From contig CAWBTU010000004.1 in NCBI GenBank assembly GCA_963791805.1, forward strand, positions 172,163-236,162: DNA of 64,000 bases, read 5' to 3'. A model generated the notes under the pieces. That model saw only the letters and a program-made list of their open reading frames with translations. It was not told the origin of the DNA and did not search any database. The DNA comes from an uncultured Clostridiaceae bacterium. GTDB lineage: Bacteria; Bacillota; Clostridia; Clostridiales; Clostridiaceae. Both the position numbers and the translations under genes were made by a program. Positions 46,589 to 57,682 of the stretch are shown one piece after another. The stretch's first letter is position 1. The number at the start of each line of letters is the position of its first letter.

Positions 46589-47798
46589 TAAATACCCCTT
46601 TCTCAATTGGTATCCTAATATTAATATTTGTGCCAGATTTCCTTTTGCTTTTTATTTTAATCTCTCCATCAATTGCTTTTACACGCTCTGTAATTCCAAG
46701 TAAGCCATAATGTCCATATAATTGATCTAAAAGTTTAACATCAAAGCCTATACCGTCATCCAAAATATTTATATTTATTTCATTATCATTTTCTATTATT
46801 TCAACAGTTGCTGTCTTTGCCTTTGAATGTTTTGCAATATTATTTAGGCACTCTCTTACAATGTATAAAATATGTTCAAATATCTTTAAGGCTATCTTAG
46901 ATTCAACTTTAATATCTAAGGAAACAGAGCAGTTTGATATAACTTTAAAATGTGCTATTTCATTTTCTACTGAATTAACAAAATCTATTTCTGAATCTTC
47001 TTTAAATCTCAAATCATCTATGGCTAACCGTGAATCTGATAATGTTTTTCTTGCATATCCCATAGCTTTTGACACAATTTCTTGGGACCTTTTTATATTA
47101 TTATTATTTAAATTAGCATCTACTGCTTCTAGTTGCATAATTATCCCTGCAAGCCCTTGCGCAAGGGTGTCATGCAAATCTCTAGCCATTCTTTGCCTTT
47201 CATTAGTTAATGTTAGTTCTTCTACTTTTTCATAAGCAAATTCCAGTTCTCGTAAAATTTTTTGAGTTCGAATATGCTCTCTTGATTGTCTAAAATAGAC
47301 AGTTGAGAATGCAACTGTAGCAATAATAAGAAGAAAAAGTATTGGAATAGCCCTAATTAAATCATGTACACCACCAATAGTTGCAGTAATACTACAAAAC
47401 AAAGCATAAAAGAAAAGGAAAGTAAATGTAACTTTTAAGGTGTTATAATAAATTCCTATGCTTTGGAAAATCAAAGCAGCTATAAGTCCAAGAAGTATAG
47501 CAATATATCCCTTTGGCATTATAAATGAGGCAATAGTTATGATTATTCCTTGTATGCCAAAATAAATCCAATGCTTATCCTTAAATAAAATATTAGTAAA
47601 CAAATAGACTATTGAATAAATCCCCATTAATATAGTAAAAATTATACTTTCCCATATGCAAATTTTGTTTAAATTTTGTAAAAATAGAGTAGTTAAATAA
47701 TTTAAAAAAATGCCTACTAGTATGGGGGTTCTAACTGCAATATTTTCATCTGTATCCATTGTATATAATGATTTTAACTTATTTATCAAATCTATCAT
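46575..47798 (-). CDS. sensor histidine kinase, HisKA_3 (NarL-partner, DesK/LiaS-like)
   Basis: 5 TM. H-box ERQRMARDLHDTLAQGLAGI. HATPase_c. Confidence 0.8.
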   Translation of the reverse strand: MIDLINKLKSLYTMDTDENIAVRTPILVGIFLNYLTTLFLQNLNKICIWESIIFTILMGIYSIVYLFTNILFKDKHWIYFGIQGIIITIASFIMPKGYIAILLGLIAALIFQSIGIYYNTLKVTFTFLFFYALFCSITATIGGVHDLIRAIPILFLLIIATVAFSTVYFRQSREHIRTQKILRELEFAYEKVEELTLTNERQRMARDLHDTLAQGLAGIIMQLEAVDANLNNNNIKRSQEIVSKAMGYARKTLSDSRLAIDDLRFKEDSEIDFVNSVENEIAHFKVISNCSVSLDIKVESKIALKIFEHILYIVRECLNNIAKHSKAKTATVEIIENDNEININILDDGIGFDVKLLDQLYGHYGLLGITERVKAIDGEIKIKSKRKSGTNINIRIPIEKGVFNENE

Positions 47799-47915
47799 CT
47801 GCCTTTTTATAGAATTATGGCATAGATTAATTTCTATGTCAAAATTTTAAAAAAGCTATAACATTCAAATTATTTTAAAATGTTATAGCTTTTTTTTATT
47901 GTTTAAATAATTTGC

Positions 47916-50117
47916 TTATATGGTGTCTAAGGATACTGTAGGTATTCCTTCGTCTTCATTTATGTCTTCACTCTCAAGATCAAATTTAGGTAAAATTTTA
48001 TCTAGCCATTTTGGAATATACCAAGCACTATCACCTAATAATGTCATAACCGCTGGTACAAGTGTCATTCTAACAACAAAAGCATCAAATAGCACACCAA
48101 AGGCGAGAGCAAGTCCCATAGATTTAATATTTATGTCACCCTGAGTAGCAAAGCTTGTGAAAACCACAGTCATTATTAATCCTGCTGCTGCTACTACAGT
48201 ACCACTACTTTTAATTCCATGCAAAACTGCTTCCTTTGCATTACCATTTTTATTATAATGCTCCCTTATACCACTTACTAAAAACACTTCGTAATCCATT
48301 GCTAAGCCGAATACGATTCCTATTAGTAAAATAGGCATGAAACACAATATTGGGCCCGGTTTAGATATACCAAGTAAGTTTGCACCGTATCCCTTTTGTA
48401 AGGTGAGAACCGAAAAACCAAATGTTGCAGCTAATGTCATTACAAAGCCAAGAATAGCCTTTATTGGTATAAGTATAGACCTGAAAACTAAAGTCATCAA
48501 TACTAAGGCAAGTCCAAGAACAACTATAGCGAATTTAGGAATGGCTGCACTAAGTTTATCAGAAATATCTATATTAACTGCTGTTGAACCTGTTACCATT
48601 AGCTTAACATTATTCTTTTTTTCAATATTTTCAGCTTTTGAGCGAATAGCTTCAACTAAGTCTTTAGTAGTTTTGTCATTTGGGCCTTTTTGTGGCACTA
48701 TTGACACCATTGCTATTTTTCCACCGGGACTTGGAATTACTGGTGAAATACTAACTACATTTGGTAAATCTTTAATTTTATTAACTGAATCCTGAATAGC
48801 TTTTAATGGATCATTTGAAGCGCTAGAAGCATCTGCTACAACATAAAGTGCACCATTACTTCCTTCTCCAAAGCCTTCAGATAAAATATCATATCCTTTT
48901 CGTTCTGTAGTACTTTTTTGCATCATCCCATTGTCAGGAAGCCCTAATTCTAAATCAAGAGCTGAATAAGAAAGCAAAATAGTTAACGCTAAAACGGAAA
49001 TAATAACTATAATTGGATGACCGGTTACCACTCTACCCCATAAATTAGAATTAGAATTTTTATTTTTCATTTCAGATTCTGATTTAACAGATACTCTTTT
49101 CTTTTGTTTAGGAGTAATATGGCTTCCTGCTAGCGTCAAAACTGCAGGAACTGCTGTAAGTGATACCAATAATACAATAAGTACCATAGCCGCAGCCGCA
49201 TCTCCCATAATCCCTAAAAATGGTACTCCCACTAGTGATAGCCCACACAATGCAATAATTACAGTTACGCCAGCAAATAAAACTGCCCCACCAGCTGTAC
49301 CCATTGCTAAAGCAACAGCTTTTTGTCGTTCATGGCCTTCACCAAGGTTTTGGCGATACCTAGAAACAATAAATAATGCATAATCTATTCCCACAGCTAA
49401 ACCAATCATAGACGCTAAAGATAGTGAAAAAGACGACATTTTCACAAAATTAGTTCCTATAAGAATTGACAGTAATCCAACTGACAATCCAATAAGGGCT
49501 GTTAGAATAGGTAATCCTGCTGCTAAGAATGATCCAAGTGTAAATGCAAGAATGAAAAATGCTGCAATTATACTTATTAACTCAGAAGTTCCACCAACTT
49601 CTGTTTTTGATGTGCTAACAGTTCCGCCTAATTCAGTTTGAATGCCTGCATTTCTAGTTATTTTTATACTTTCCAATATGTTATCTTTTGATGACTGTTT
49701 AACTTTTTCTTTTTCAACATTATAAGTTATATCTGCATAAGCAATTCTTTTATTGCTACTAATAGTCCTCATTGTATAAGGACTAGCTACAGAGGCAACA
49801 GCCTTATCATTATTTTTAACTTCTTCTATTGTTTTGTTTATAGCATTTTTTACGGATTCATCCTCTACGGTTTTTCCTTCTTCAACTTTAAAAATAAGCC
49901 TTATTGTTCCATATTCTTTAGTTTGCCCAAATGCCTTTTGTAGTACCTCACCTGCTTTTTCAGATTTTGTACCTGGAATAGTAGTATCGCCCTTGTAATG
50001 AACTCCCAGGCTTAAAGTCAAACCAACTGCCACTAGTATAATCATTACCCAGCAGGCAATGATTGTTTTTGGCTTTTCATAAATCCAGTTGCCAAGTTTG
50101 TACAAGAATTTTTTCAT
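47916..50117 (-). CDS. MMPL family (RND superfamily) transporter, YdfJ-like
   Basis: 733 aa. Two 6-TM bundles, each with a large extracytoplasmic domain. Gene order MMPL-HK-RR mirrors B. subtilis ydfHIJ. Confidence 0.8.
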   Translation of the reverse strand: MKKFLYKLGNWIYEKPKTIIACWVMIILVAVGLTLSLGVHYKGDTTIPGTKSEKAGEVLQKAFGQTKEYGTIRLIFKVEEGKTVEDESVKNAINKTIEEVKNNDKAVASVASPYTMRTISSNKRIAYADITYNVEKEKVKQSSKDNILESIKITRNAGIQTELGGTVSTSKTEVGGTSELISIIAAFFILAFTLGSFLAAGLPILTALIGLSVGLLSILIGTNFVKMSSFSLSLASMIGLAVGIDYALFIVSRYRQNLGEGHERQKAVALAMGTAGGAVLFAGVTVIIALCGLSLVGVPFLGIMGDAAAAMVLIVLLVSLTAVPAVLTLAGSHITPKQKKRVSVKSESEMKNKNSNSNLWGRVVTGHPIIVIISVLALTILLSYSALDLELGLPDNGMMQKSTTERKGYDILSEGFGEGSNGALYVVADASSASNDPLKAIQDSVNKIKDLPNVVSISPVIPSPGGKIAMVSIVPQKGPNDKTTKDLVEAIRSKAENIEKKNNVKLMVTGSTAVNIDISDKLSAAIPKFAIVVLGLALVLMTLVFRSILIPIKAILGFVMTLAATFGFSVLTLQKGYGANLLGISKPGPILCFMPILLIGIVFGLAMDYEVFLVSGIREHYNKNGNAKEAVLHGIKSSGTVVAAAGLIMTVVFTSFATQGDINIKSMGLALAFGVLFDAFVVRMTLVPAVMTLLGDSAWYIPKWLDKILPKFDLESEDINEDEGIPTVSLDTI

Positions 50118-50272
50118 AAATACACTCCTTTATTCTAAATATTATTTTAATACTCTTTTAGTTTTGTTATGAAAGGTTCCATATTTATGTTATAGCAAAT
50201 CAATAATCAAAACAATTGTACCTTAGGGCAAAAGCAATGTATAAAAGAAGGACATCTCCCGTCAAATGGAAG

Positions 50273-52567
50273 TTATCCTTCTTGAAGTTCAAACACTGTA
50301 GTAAAAAAGAAGCTACTTCCTACCCCTTCACAACTTTCTACGCCAATGTCTCCATCCATCATTTCAATCAACATCTTTGAAATTGCAAGACCAAGCCCTG
50401 TGCCACCAAATTCCTTTGTATTAGAGTCATCTACCTGGCTGAATCTTTTAAATAGTCTATCAATCTTATCTTTAGCGATTCCAATTCCTGTATCTATCAC
50501 TACAAATTTCAGCTTAACTTTGTTTTCAAACCACTCCTCTACATCTGCATTAATAACTATTTCACCTTGAGTTGTAAACTTTACTCCGTTGCCAACTAAG
50601 TTTGACAATACTTGCCTTAGTCTAACCGAGTCTCCAATAACAGTATCTGGCATTTTTTCACTATAATTTAATTGTATACTAAGTCCCTTTTGTTTTGCTC
50701 CAACCTGAAACAGATTAATGACTTCATCAATTGTATTTTTAACACTGAAATAAGACTTTTCTAAACTGATTTTACCAGCTTCAATTTTCGAATAATCTAG
50801 AATGTCGTTTAATACCCGAAGTAGTCCTCCAGTTGATGACTTAACTACATTTAAATATTCCCTTTGTTCTTCGGTTAAATCCGTCATTAGTGTTAAATCA
50901 GTCATACCAATTATTCCATTCATAGGCGTCCTAATTTCATGACTCATATTGGCCAAAAACTGACCTTTCGCAATATTGGCAGCTTCAGCATCCTCTTTGG
51001 CCTTAATTATTTCTACCTCAGCTAATTTACGGTCAGTTATATCATGATAGTTTACAAGTAATCCATTAATACATTTGTCATTAAAAAGATTTATTGCATT
51101 TATCTCTACTATTTTATAGCTTCCATCCTTGCATTTGTAACTAAATTCTGTGGTTCCTTCTAAAATTTCTTTATCTATAATAGACATAAAAATCTTTTGA
51201 ACGCGTTCCTGATCTCTAGGATGAACTGTTTCTGAGTAGTCTAAACCAATAAGTTCCGCAGTATGCCAGCCAAAAAATTTTTCTACATTAGGGCTCTTGT
51301 ATCTCATTATTCCATCTTGATCTATGATAGAAATAACATCAGAAATGTGTGTTGTCATAGCTTTGTGTTTTGCTTCACTTTTAAGTAATACATCTTCTAA
51401 TAATTTGCGCTCTGTGACATCTCTAGAAATATTCAATAAAGCAGGTTCATTCTTATAATTTATTAAAGTCACTCTATTATCAATATTTCTAGCATTTCCT
51501 TCCTTATCTTTAATGATAGTCTCAAATTCAACCCTTCCACAGGCTTTCAAAGTGTCTATTCTAGCCTTCATTATTTCTTCCTTCACCTCTAGCTCTAAAT
51601 CTTTAATACTTAAAGCCATAAGATCATTTTTACTGTAGCCAAAAATCTCTGACACAGCATCATTGGATTCAACAAAATTTGATGGAGTACCATCTGGTGT
51701 AATATTAAATATCGAAATACTGTCCTTGTTAGCGTTAAAAATCATTCGAAATTTCTCTTCACTCTCCCTAAGAGCTCTTTCTGAATTCATACGCTCTGAA
51801 ATGTCAGTAACAGTAACGGCAATTTGATTTTTCTTTGTGCAAAAAGAATGGGTTGCATAATATTTCCCCGTGATTTTTAGGTAATTTTCGTAATAAATTG
51901 ACTCGCCTGTCAAAACAACCTTATTTAAAATATCTATCCAGTATTTTTCTGCATCCGGAAATACATCTCTTATTCGTTTTCCAATAGCTCTCTCCTTTGT
52001 TATACCTCCTAACCTAGCGTAACTATCATTGATATCAAGATATATATAGTCAACAGGTTTCCCATCTTTATCCGTTATTATTTCAAGAAGTGCTACCCCC
52101 TGATTCATAGAGGTGTATATAAGCCTGAACTTATCCTCGCTTTCAGCCATAGCAATTTCTATTAATTTTTTACCTTCTAAATCAAGCTCACCTATTTGGT
52201 CTACTTCATTAGAAATTTCAACAAAATATGCTACAAAATAATTTTTCTCTGGAGAATAAATAGATACCTTATACCAGCACTGCAAGGATTCTGAAAACTG
52301 CTTAAATTCTTTATTACAAGGATTTATAGCTATATCCCCACAAAATCTAATCCAATCTAATTCAACTTTTTTGAAATCCCGAAAGATTTCAGTAGCTTTT
52401 CTGCTAACTATATCTGAACGTAATAGCCCTGTAATTGCCTCAAATGCAGCATTAACTTCAATAAATTCATAATCACAGGGAATACCGTTTTCATCACATA
52501 TTATTCTGTGATAGGCATATCCTGCTGGATGTTTTTCAATTAATTGTTTATAAAAATTATCATTCAT
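50273..52567 (-). CDS. multi-PAS sensor histidine kinase (cytoplasmic, no receiver)
   Basis: At least 4 PAS-like repeats, HisKA (SHEIRTPMNGIIGMTDL), HATPase (GGTGLGLAISK). Confidence 0.75.
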   Translation of the reverse strand: MNDNFYKQLIEKHPAGYAYHRIICDENGIPCDYEFIEVNAAFEAITGLLRSDIVSRKATEIFRDFKKVELDWIRFCGDIAINPCNKEFKQFSESLQCWYKVSIYSPEKNYFVAYFVEISNEVDQIGELDLEGKKLIEIAMAESEDKFRLIYTSMNQGVALLEIITDKDGKPVDYIYLDINDSYARLGGITKERAIGKRIRDVFPDAEKYWIDILNKVVLTGESIYYENYLKITGKYYATHSFCTKKNQIAVTVTDISERMNSERALRESEEKFRMIFNANKDSISIFNITPDGTPSNFVESNDAVSEIFGYSKNDLMALSIKDLELEVKEEIMKARIDTLKACGRVEFETIIKDKEGNARNIDNRVTLINYKNEPALLNISRDVTERKLLEDVLLKSEAKHKAMTTHISDVISIIDQDGIMRYKSPNVEKFFGWHTAELIGLDYSETVHPRDQERVQKIFMSIIDKEILEGTTEFSYKCKDGSYKIVEINAINLFNDKCINGLLVNYHDITDRKLAEVEIIKAKEDAEAANIAKGQFLANMSHEIRTPMNGIIGMTDLTLMTDLTEEQREYLNVVKSSTGGLLRVLNDILDYSKIEAGKISLEKSYFSVKNTIDEVINLFQVGAKQKGLSIQLNYSEKMPDTVIGDSVRLRQVLSNLVGNGVKFTTQGEIVINADVEEWFENKVKLKFVVIDTGIGIAKDKIDRLFKRFSQVDDSNTKEFGGTGLGLAISKMLIEMMDGDIGVESCEGVGSSFFFTTVFELQEG

Positions 52568-52893
52568 AAGGACTTATCCTCCAATTTATATTTTCTAAAC
52601 TATATTCTTCTTGTAATTTTCAGGTGTAATCATCATAATTTTCCTTTTTATATGCAACTATTTTTATGTAATTTTACCACTTTTTATATCATTTACCAAC
52701 ATATTTTTCAATTAAATTCTCTATTTATTTATCTACTGCATGGTAACTTTTAGAATGCTTTTCTTAGAATACATGTATTATGAGCTTGAAAAAGCTAAAA
52801 AAAATACCGGTCATTATAACTAATGGCGGTACTTATGAATTACTTAATGCTTTCAATATTCACTTGTTCAAATGTATATTTCCTCCTTTTTTA

Positions 52894-53586
52894 TTAGCCC
52901 TCTATTCCAAAAACTACTTCATTTTCACCTTCTGATATTTTATCAGAAATACTAAAGGTTTCACCATCTTCTACACCCTTATAATAAATATCTGTGTTGC
53001 CTTGAAATGTAGAATTAATATTTATGGAGGAATGAAAAGTTTTTTCACTAAAGGCTTCAACTACTTCTTTATCTTTAACTAAGACTAGGCCCCATTCTTG
53101 ATTAGCTTTCTTTTGTGCTTCGAAATTCTCTTGTAACCCTAATATAAAACCCATGGCATAGTCATTTCCTACACCTTTTACGCTATAGCCATCTTTAACA
53201 TATTCTCTTTGTATTCTTTTAGTAGTAGTTTCTATACAATCTATGGCATATTCTAAAACTATATTGCACACTAAAACATCCTCTTCTCTTCCGAAGAAGG
53301 TTATAGTGTTAACTCTTCTAGTTTTATAATAGTTGTAGCATCCAAAATTATCAGCAATTATATGGGCAAGCATCCCTTTCCATTTTGCTTTTGTAAAAGA
53401 AATACTGCTTATATCTTCTTTAATTTTACTATTATACTTTTTAAAACTTGTAACTTCTTGCATTGATAATTTATGTTTAGCAAGCAGCTCCTGAGCTTTA
53501 AGCATGGCCACTTTGGCTTCATGTTCATTACTGCTTTCACTTAAACTTAATAGTTTTTGTATTTTTTCAATTAATTCTTCACTCAA
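52894..53586 (-). CDS. DUF2786-like domain protein
   Basis: N-terminal IEKIQKLLSLSESSNEHEAKVAMLKAQELLAKHKL is the DUF2786 signature. Confidence 0.5.
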   Translation of the reverse strand: MSEELIEKIQKLLSLSESSNEHEAKVAMLKAQELLAKHKLSMQEVTSFKKYNSKIKEDISSISFTKAKWKGMLAHIIADNFGCYNYYKTRRVNTITFFGREEDVLVCNIVLEYAIDCIETTTKRIQREYVKDGYSVKGVGNDYAMGFILGLQENFEAQKKANQEWGLVLVKDKEVVEAFSEKTFHSSININSTFQGNTDIYYKGVEDGETFSISDKISEGENEVVFGIEG

Positions 53587-53655
53587 ATATTTTAACTCCT
53601 TTTAAAGAAATAATTAAATAGTCTTAATCATTTTTCTTTTGATTTTAATTCAATG

Positions 53656-54213
53656 TTATATTACATATTCTTCATTTAGCAATGAATAATACAGCCTATC
53701 TTCATATTCACCATTTATATAAAAATAATCTCTTAGAGTACCCTCATATTTAAAACCACATTTATCAATGACTTTTTTTGATACTTGATTAACTGGTCGG
53801 TGACAAATTTGTATCTTATGAAAATTAACATCATTAAATCCAAACTGAATTATTGCTTTTGTAGCCTCAGTTGCAAGTCCTTTTTTCTGAAATTCACTAC
53901 CGATACAGTATTCTATTTCACAAAAGTGGTTTTTATTATCCACAAGAAAAAAAGCTATTTGTCCAATACATTCATTTGTTTCTTTTAAAACGATTGCCCA
54001 TCTATAATAGTCAGACTTCTCATATGAAGGTATGATTTTATTTAAAAGTTCTAAAACTTCTTGCTTATTTGAGTAAACTGGTTCGCAATATTTTAATTGT
54101 ACTGAAGGATCACTAATCCAATTTTTTAACATTGCAATATCATCTGTATAAGCAAATTTTCTTAAAATCAGCCTCTCTGTTTCAATACTTTGTGTGCCTT
54201 TGTTCGTAAGCAT
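53656..54213 (-). CDS. GNAT family N-acetyltransferase (RimJ/RimL-like)
   Basis: ETERLILRKF... and the acetyl-CoA-binding QKKGLATEATKAII. Confidence 0.75.
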   Translation of the reverse strand: MLTNKGTQSIETERLILRKFAYTDDIAMLKNWISDPSVQLKYCEPVYSNKQEVLELLNKIIPSYEKSDYYRWAIVLKETNECIGQIAFFLVDNKNHFCEIEYCIGSEFQKKGLATEATKAIIQFGFNDVNFHKIQICHRPVNQVSKKVIDKCGFKYEGTLRDYFYINGEYEDRLYYSLLNEEYVI

Positions 54214-54252
54214 AATTATAACCCCATTCTAATATTTTAATTTATACTTTTA

Positions 54253-55116
54253 TTATCTTAATTCTAATAATTCCCCAATTACAATGCATTTTGAATCCAT
54301 ACCGTGTCCAATATCTTTAGTTTTAGCAATAGGCAGTTGTATGTCCTGTAGTACATTTATAAGTATATCCTGAGCCTTAGGCTGACAATTATCCTCTTCC
54401 ATTTTTGTAAAAGTTCCAAGTAGTATTCCTTTTACTTTTGAAAACACTCCCATTTGCTTGAATTGGTTGAAAAATGATGTCAGGAGAGCTATATCTCCAC
54501 CAAAAGCTTCTAAAAACAATATTTTATTTTCAAACTCAGGCCAATAAGGTGTTCCTGCTAATTTCAAAAGACAGCGAATATTGCCACCTACAACAATACC
54601 CTCCATCTTTTCCCCTTGTATAAATGAATACTGAAAATCAAATAAATCCTTTTTACCATTTAAAAGTGAATTTGTAAACCACTTTACTTGAAGATCTTTA
54701 TTATCATATATTAGATTTCTAATCTGATATAAATATGATGGGGCTTCTGTTTTTGTATATATTGCATTTATTATAGTAGTTAGATCACTATATCCAAAGA
54801 AAGGCTTGGGATTGCTTTTAATTAAATCAAAATTTAAGTATTCTAAAATTTCATTTGCAATATCTCCACCAGATATATCAAATATAGCTTTAATCTCAAT
54901 ATCATTATAAAATTTCATTAATGCATTGGCACGCTCTTCACCACTACCACTATATACAGCATATTTTTCGAAAATAAAATCACTACATATAGGGACTAGT
55001 CCTATCTCTGTTATTACCTCAAGTAATTCTTGAACCTTTGTCTTATATGATAACAGTTGAGCATTAGAACAAGCAACTATTCCTATTTTATCACCTTTTT
55101 TAAGTTTCATTTTCAT
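54253..55116 (-). CDS. LD-carboxypeptidase (S66 family; LdcA/MccF-like)
   Basis: KGDKIGIVACSN... and S66 fold features. 287 aa. Confidence 0.7.
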   Translation of the reverse strand: MKMKLKKGDKIGIVACSNAQLLSYKTKVQELLEVITEIGLVPICSDFIFEKYAVYSGSGEERANALMKFYNDIEIKAIFDISGGDIANEILEYLNFDLIKSNPKPFFGYSDLTTIINAIYTKTEAPSYLYQIRNLIYDNKDLQVKWFTNSLLNGKKDLFDFQYSFIQGEKMEGIVVGGNIRCLLKLAGTPYWPEFENKILFLEAFGGDIALLTSFFNQFKQMGVFSKVKGILLGTFTKMEEDNCQPKAQDILINVLQDIQLPIAKTKDIGHGMDSKCIVIGELLELR

Positions 55117-55275
55117 TTGCCCCTATTCTGCTTAAATAAATAATATTTGTTTAATGAAGTTTAGTTTTATTTTATGCTATTATATCATATCTTTACATAA
55201 TTGTATTTTATCTAGTATAATATCCAAAATGTATATTTTTTTATAAAGCAATTAAGAATTTGGAGGATGATATAA

Positions 55276-55815
55276 ATGGGTAAAAAAGTATTAGTGCTAT
55301 CTGCAAGTCCAAGAAAAGGTGGAAATTCTGACATGTTATGTGACCAATTCATGATTGGAACCAAAGAATCAGGAAATCTGGTAGAGAAAATCTTTTTACG
55401 AGATATGAAAATTAACTATTGTATCGCCTGTGAAGTCTGTATTAAAAATGGGGGCAAATGTGTCCATAAAGATGATATGACTGAAGTTTTGGAAAAAATG
55501 ATTGCTGCTGATGTTATTGTCATGGCAACCCCTGTTTATTATAATACAATGAATGGACAACTTAAAACATTAATTGATAGAACCTTTGCCAGGCATAAGG
55601 AGATTAGAAATAAAGAATTTTATTTTATTGTGACTGCTGCGGATAGCAGAAATGAGGAGCTAGAGAGTACTTTTGAAGGGTTAAGAGGATTTACCCGCTG
55701 TCTAATGAGCTCAAAAGAAAAAGGTTCCATATACGGAACTGGAGCGTGGGGTAAGGGAGAGCTTGAAGGAAGTCAATCTATGAAACAGGCATATAAGCTA
55801 GGTAAACTTGTATAA
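55276..55815 (+). CDS. NADPH-dependent FMN reductase-like / iron-sulfur flavoprotein
   Basis: KVLVLSASPRKGGNS flavodoxin-like fold with Cys cluster CIACEVCIKNGGKC. Confidence 0.65.
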   Translation: MGKKVLVLSASPRKGGNSDMLCDQFMIGTKESGNLVEKIFLRDMKINYCIACEVCIKNGGKCVHKDDMTEVLEKMIAADVIVMATPVYYNTMNGQLKTLIDRTFARHKEIRNKEFYFIVTAADSRNEELESTFEGLRGFTRCLMSSKEKGSIYGTGAWGKGELEGSQSMKQAYKLGKLV

Positions 55816-55983
55816 GTGAATTAACTATTGCAAACACGAACTTAGCTTTTCATTTTAGAATTTTAATTTAAAAATTCTATTGACTTAGAGTTAACTCCAA
55901 GTGCTAGACTATAGATATGCAAAGTGCACCTGCAAATAAACTTTAAAAAATTAGTGGTGCTAAAATAAGGAGGAAACTAAAAA

Positions 55984-57102
55984 ATGGAACATAAAAAACT
56001 AGGATTTGGATTTATGCGTTTACCTATAATGAATCAAGATGACCCAACAAGCATTGATTCTGATATTTTAAATAAAATGGTTGACACTTTTTTAGAAAGA
56101 GGATTTACCTATTTTGATACAGCATATATGTATCATGCTTTTAAAAGTGAAATTGCACTCCGAGAAGCTTTAGTAAAGCGTCATGACAGAAATAGCTTTA
56201 CTGTGGCTTCAAAAATGCCTACTATGTTTTTGAAAACCAAAGAGGATCATGAAAGGATTTTTAACGAACAGTTGGAGAAATGTGGTGTTGAGTATTTTGA
56301 TTATTATCTTCTTCACAACCTTGGCGTCTCTCATTATGAAATAGCTAAAGAACTCGATAGCTTTTCATTTATTCAAAAGAAAAAAGAAGAAGGCAAAATA
56401 AGAAACATAGGTTTTTCTTATCATGATAATGCAAGTCTTCTGGATGAAATATTAACAGCACATCCAGAAGTAGATTTTGTACAGTTGCAACTGAACTATT
56501 TAGATTGGGACAATGAAAGCATTCAGTCAAGAAAATGTTATGAAGTTTCTACAAAACATAAAAAACCAGTTATTGTCATGGAGCCCATTAAAGGTGGTGC
56601 ACTTGCAAAGGTTCCTGCCAAAGTAGAAGAATTACTTAACTGCTATCATGCTGATATGTCTGTACCAAGCTGGGCAATTAGATTTGCAGCAAGTCCTGAA
56701 AATGTAATGATAGTACTAAGCGGTATGTCAAATATGGAACAGTTACTTGATAATACAAGCTATATGCAGAATTTTAAGCCACTTATACCGGAAGAGTATA
56801 ATATAATTAATAATGCCGTAAAAATAATAAATGAATCTATTGCAGTCCCATGTACAGCATGTAGATATTGTGTGGATGACTGTCCGAAAAACATAACGAT
56901 ACCGAATTATTTTGCATTATATAATGCTGAAAAACAAGCGTTAAAGCAACTGTTTTCAATACAAAGTGTATATTATGGAAATCTCACAAAAAAATATGGA
57001 AAGGCATCAGATTGCATTGGATGCAAAAAGTGTGAAAGAAGCTGCCCACAGCATATTGAAATTACAAAATTTTTAAAGGAAGTTGCAAGCACCTTTGAAT
57101 AA
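55984..57102 (+). CDS. aldo/keto reductase with C-terminal 4Fe-4S cluster domain
   Basis: AKR N-terminus (GFGFMRLP...YFDTAYMY) and C-terminal CxxCxxC...CP motifs ([12 protein letters not shown]; [12 protein letters not shown]). Confidence 0.75.
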   Translation: MEHKKLGFGFMRLPIMNQDDPTSIDSDILNKMVDTFLERGFTYFDTAYMYHAFKSEIALREALVKRHDRNSFTVASKMPTMFLKTKEDHERIFNEQLEKCGVEYFDYYLLHNLGVSHYEIAKELDSFSFIQKKKEEGKIRNIGFSYHDNASLLDEILTAHPEVDFVQLQLNYLDWDNESIQSRKCYEVSTKHKKPVIVMEPIKGGALAKVPAKVEELLNCYHADMSVPSWAIRFAASPENVMIVLSGMSNMEQLLDNTSYMQNFKPLIPEEYNIINNAVKIINESIAVPCTACRYCVDDCPKNITIPNYFALYNAEKQALKQLFSIQSVYYGNLTKKYGKASDCIGCKKCERSCPQHIEITKFLKEVASTFE

Positions 57103-57132
57103 TTACTAATAAAAGATTGGAGGGAATCAAAA

Positions 57133-57528
57133 TTGACTATTACAGAAGTAAGTGTAAAATTTGATCTTTCACAGGATACGCTCCGCTATTATGAACGAAT
57201 AGGTCTGCTTCCTAGTGTAACTAGAAATAAAAGTGGAATAAGGAATTATTCAGAAGAAGACTGCAGGTGGGTTGAATTTATTAAATGTATGAGAAATGCA
57301 GGTCTCCCTATTGAAGTATTGATTGAATATGTTGCACTATTTCAAAAGGGTGATGAAACCATTGGAGCTAGAAAAGATCTATTAACTGAGCAACGTAAGA
57401 TACTAATGGAAAAAATTGAAGATATGAAGCAAACACTAGAACGATTGGATTACAAAATTGAAATTTATGAGCAGTCCGTAGTCTTAAAAGAAAAAAATCT
57501 AAAAAAGGAAAGTGAAACTATGTCCTAA
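57133..57528 (+). CDS. MerR family transcriptional regulator
   Basis: TITEVSVKFDLSQDTLRYYERIGLL HTH_MerR. TTG start. Confidence 0.75.
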   Translation: MTITEVSVKFDLSQDTLRYYERIGLLPSVTRNKSGIRNYSEEDCRWVEFIKCMRNAGLPIEVLIEYVALFQKGDETIGARKDLLTEQRKILMEKIEDMKQTLERLDYKIEIYEQSVVLKEKNLKKESETMS

Positions 57529-57682
57529 ATCAACTTTTTAGATGCTTTAGCTATTTACAGCGCTCATAGATTTCGGCAAAAAAGGCGTCATTAATTGGTT
57601 CAATAAAATTAGTATAATTTCATAACAATAGAAATTCTCCAACTTTTATAAGCAGTAACCACCTTGTAAAATTGGAGAATTT

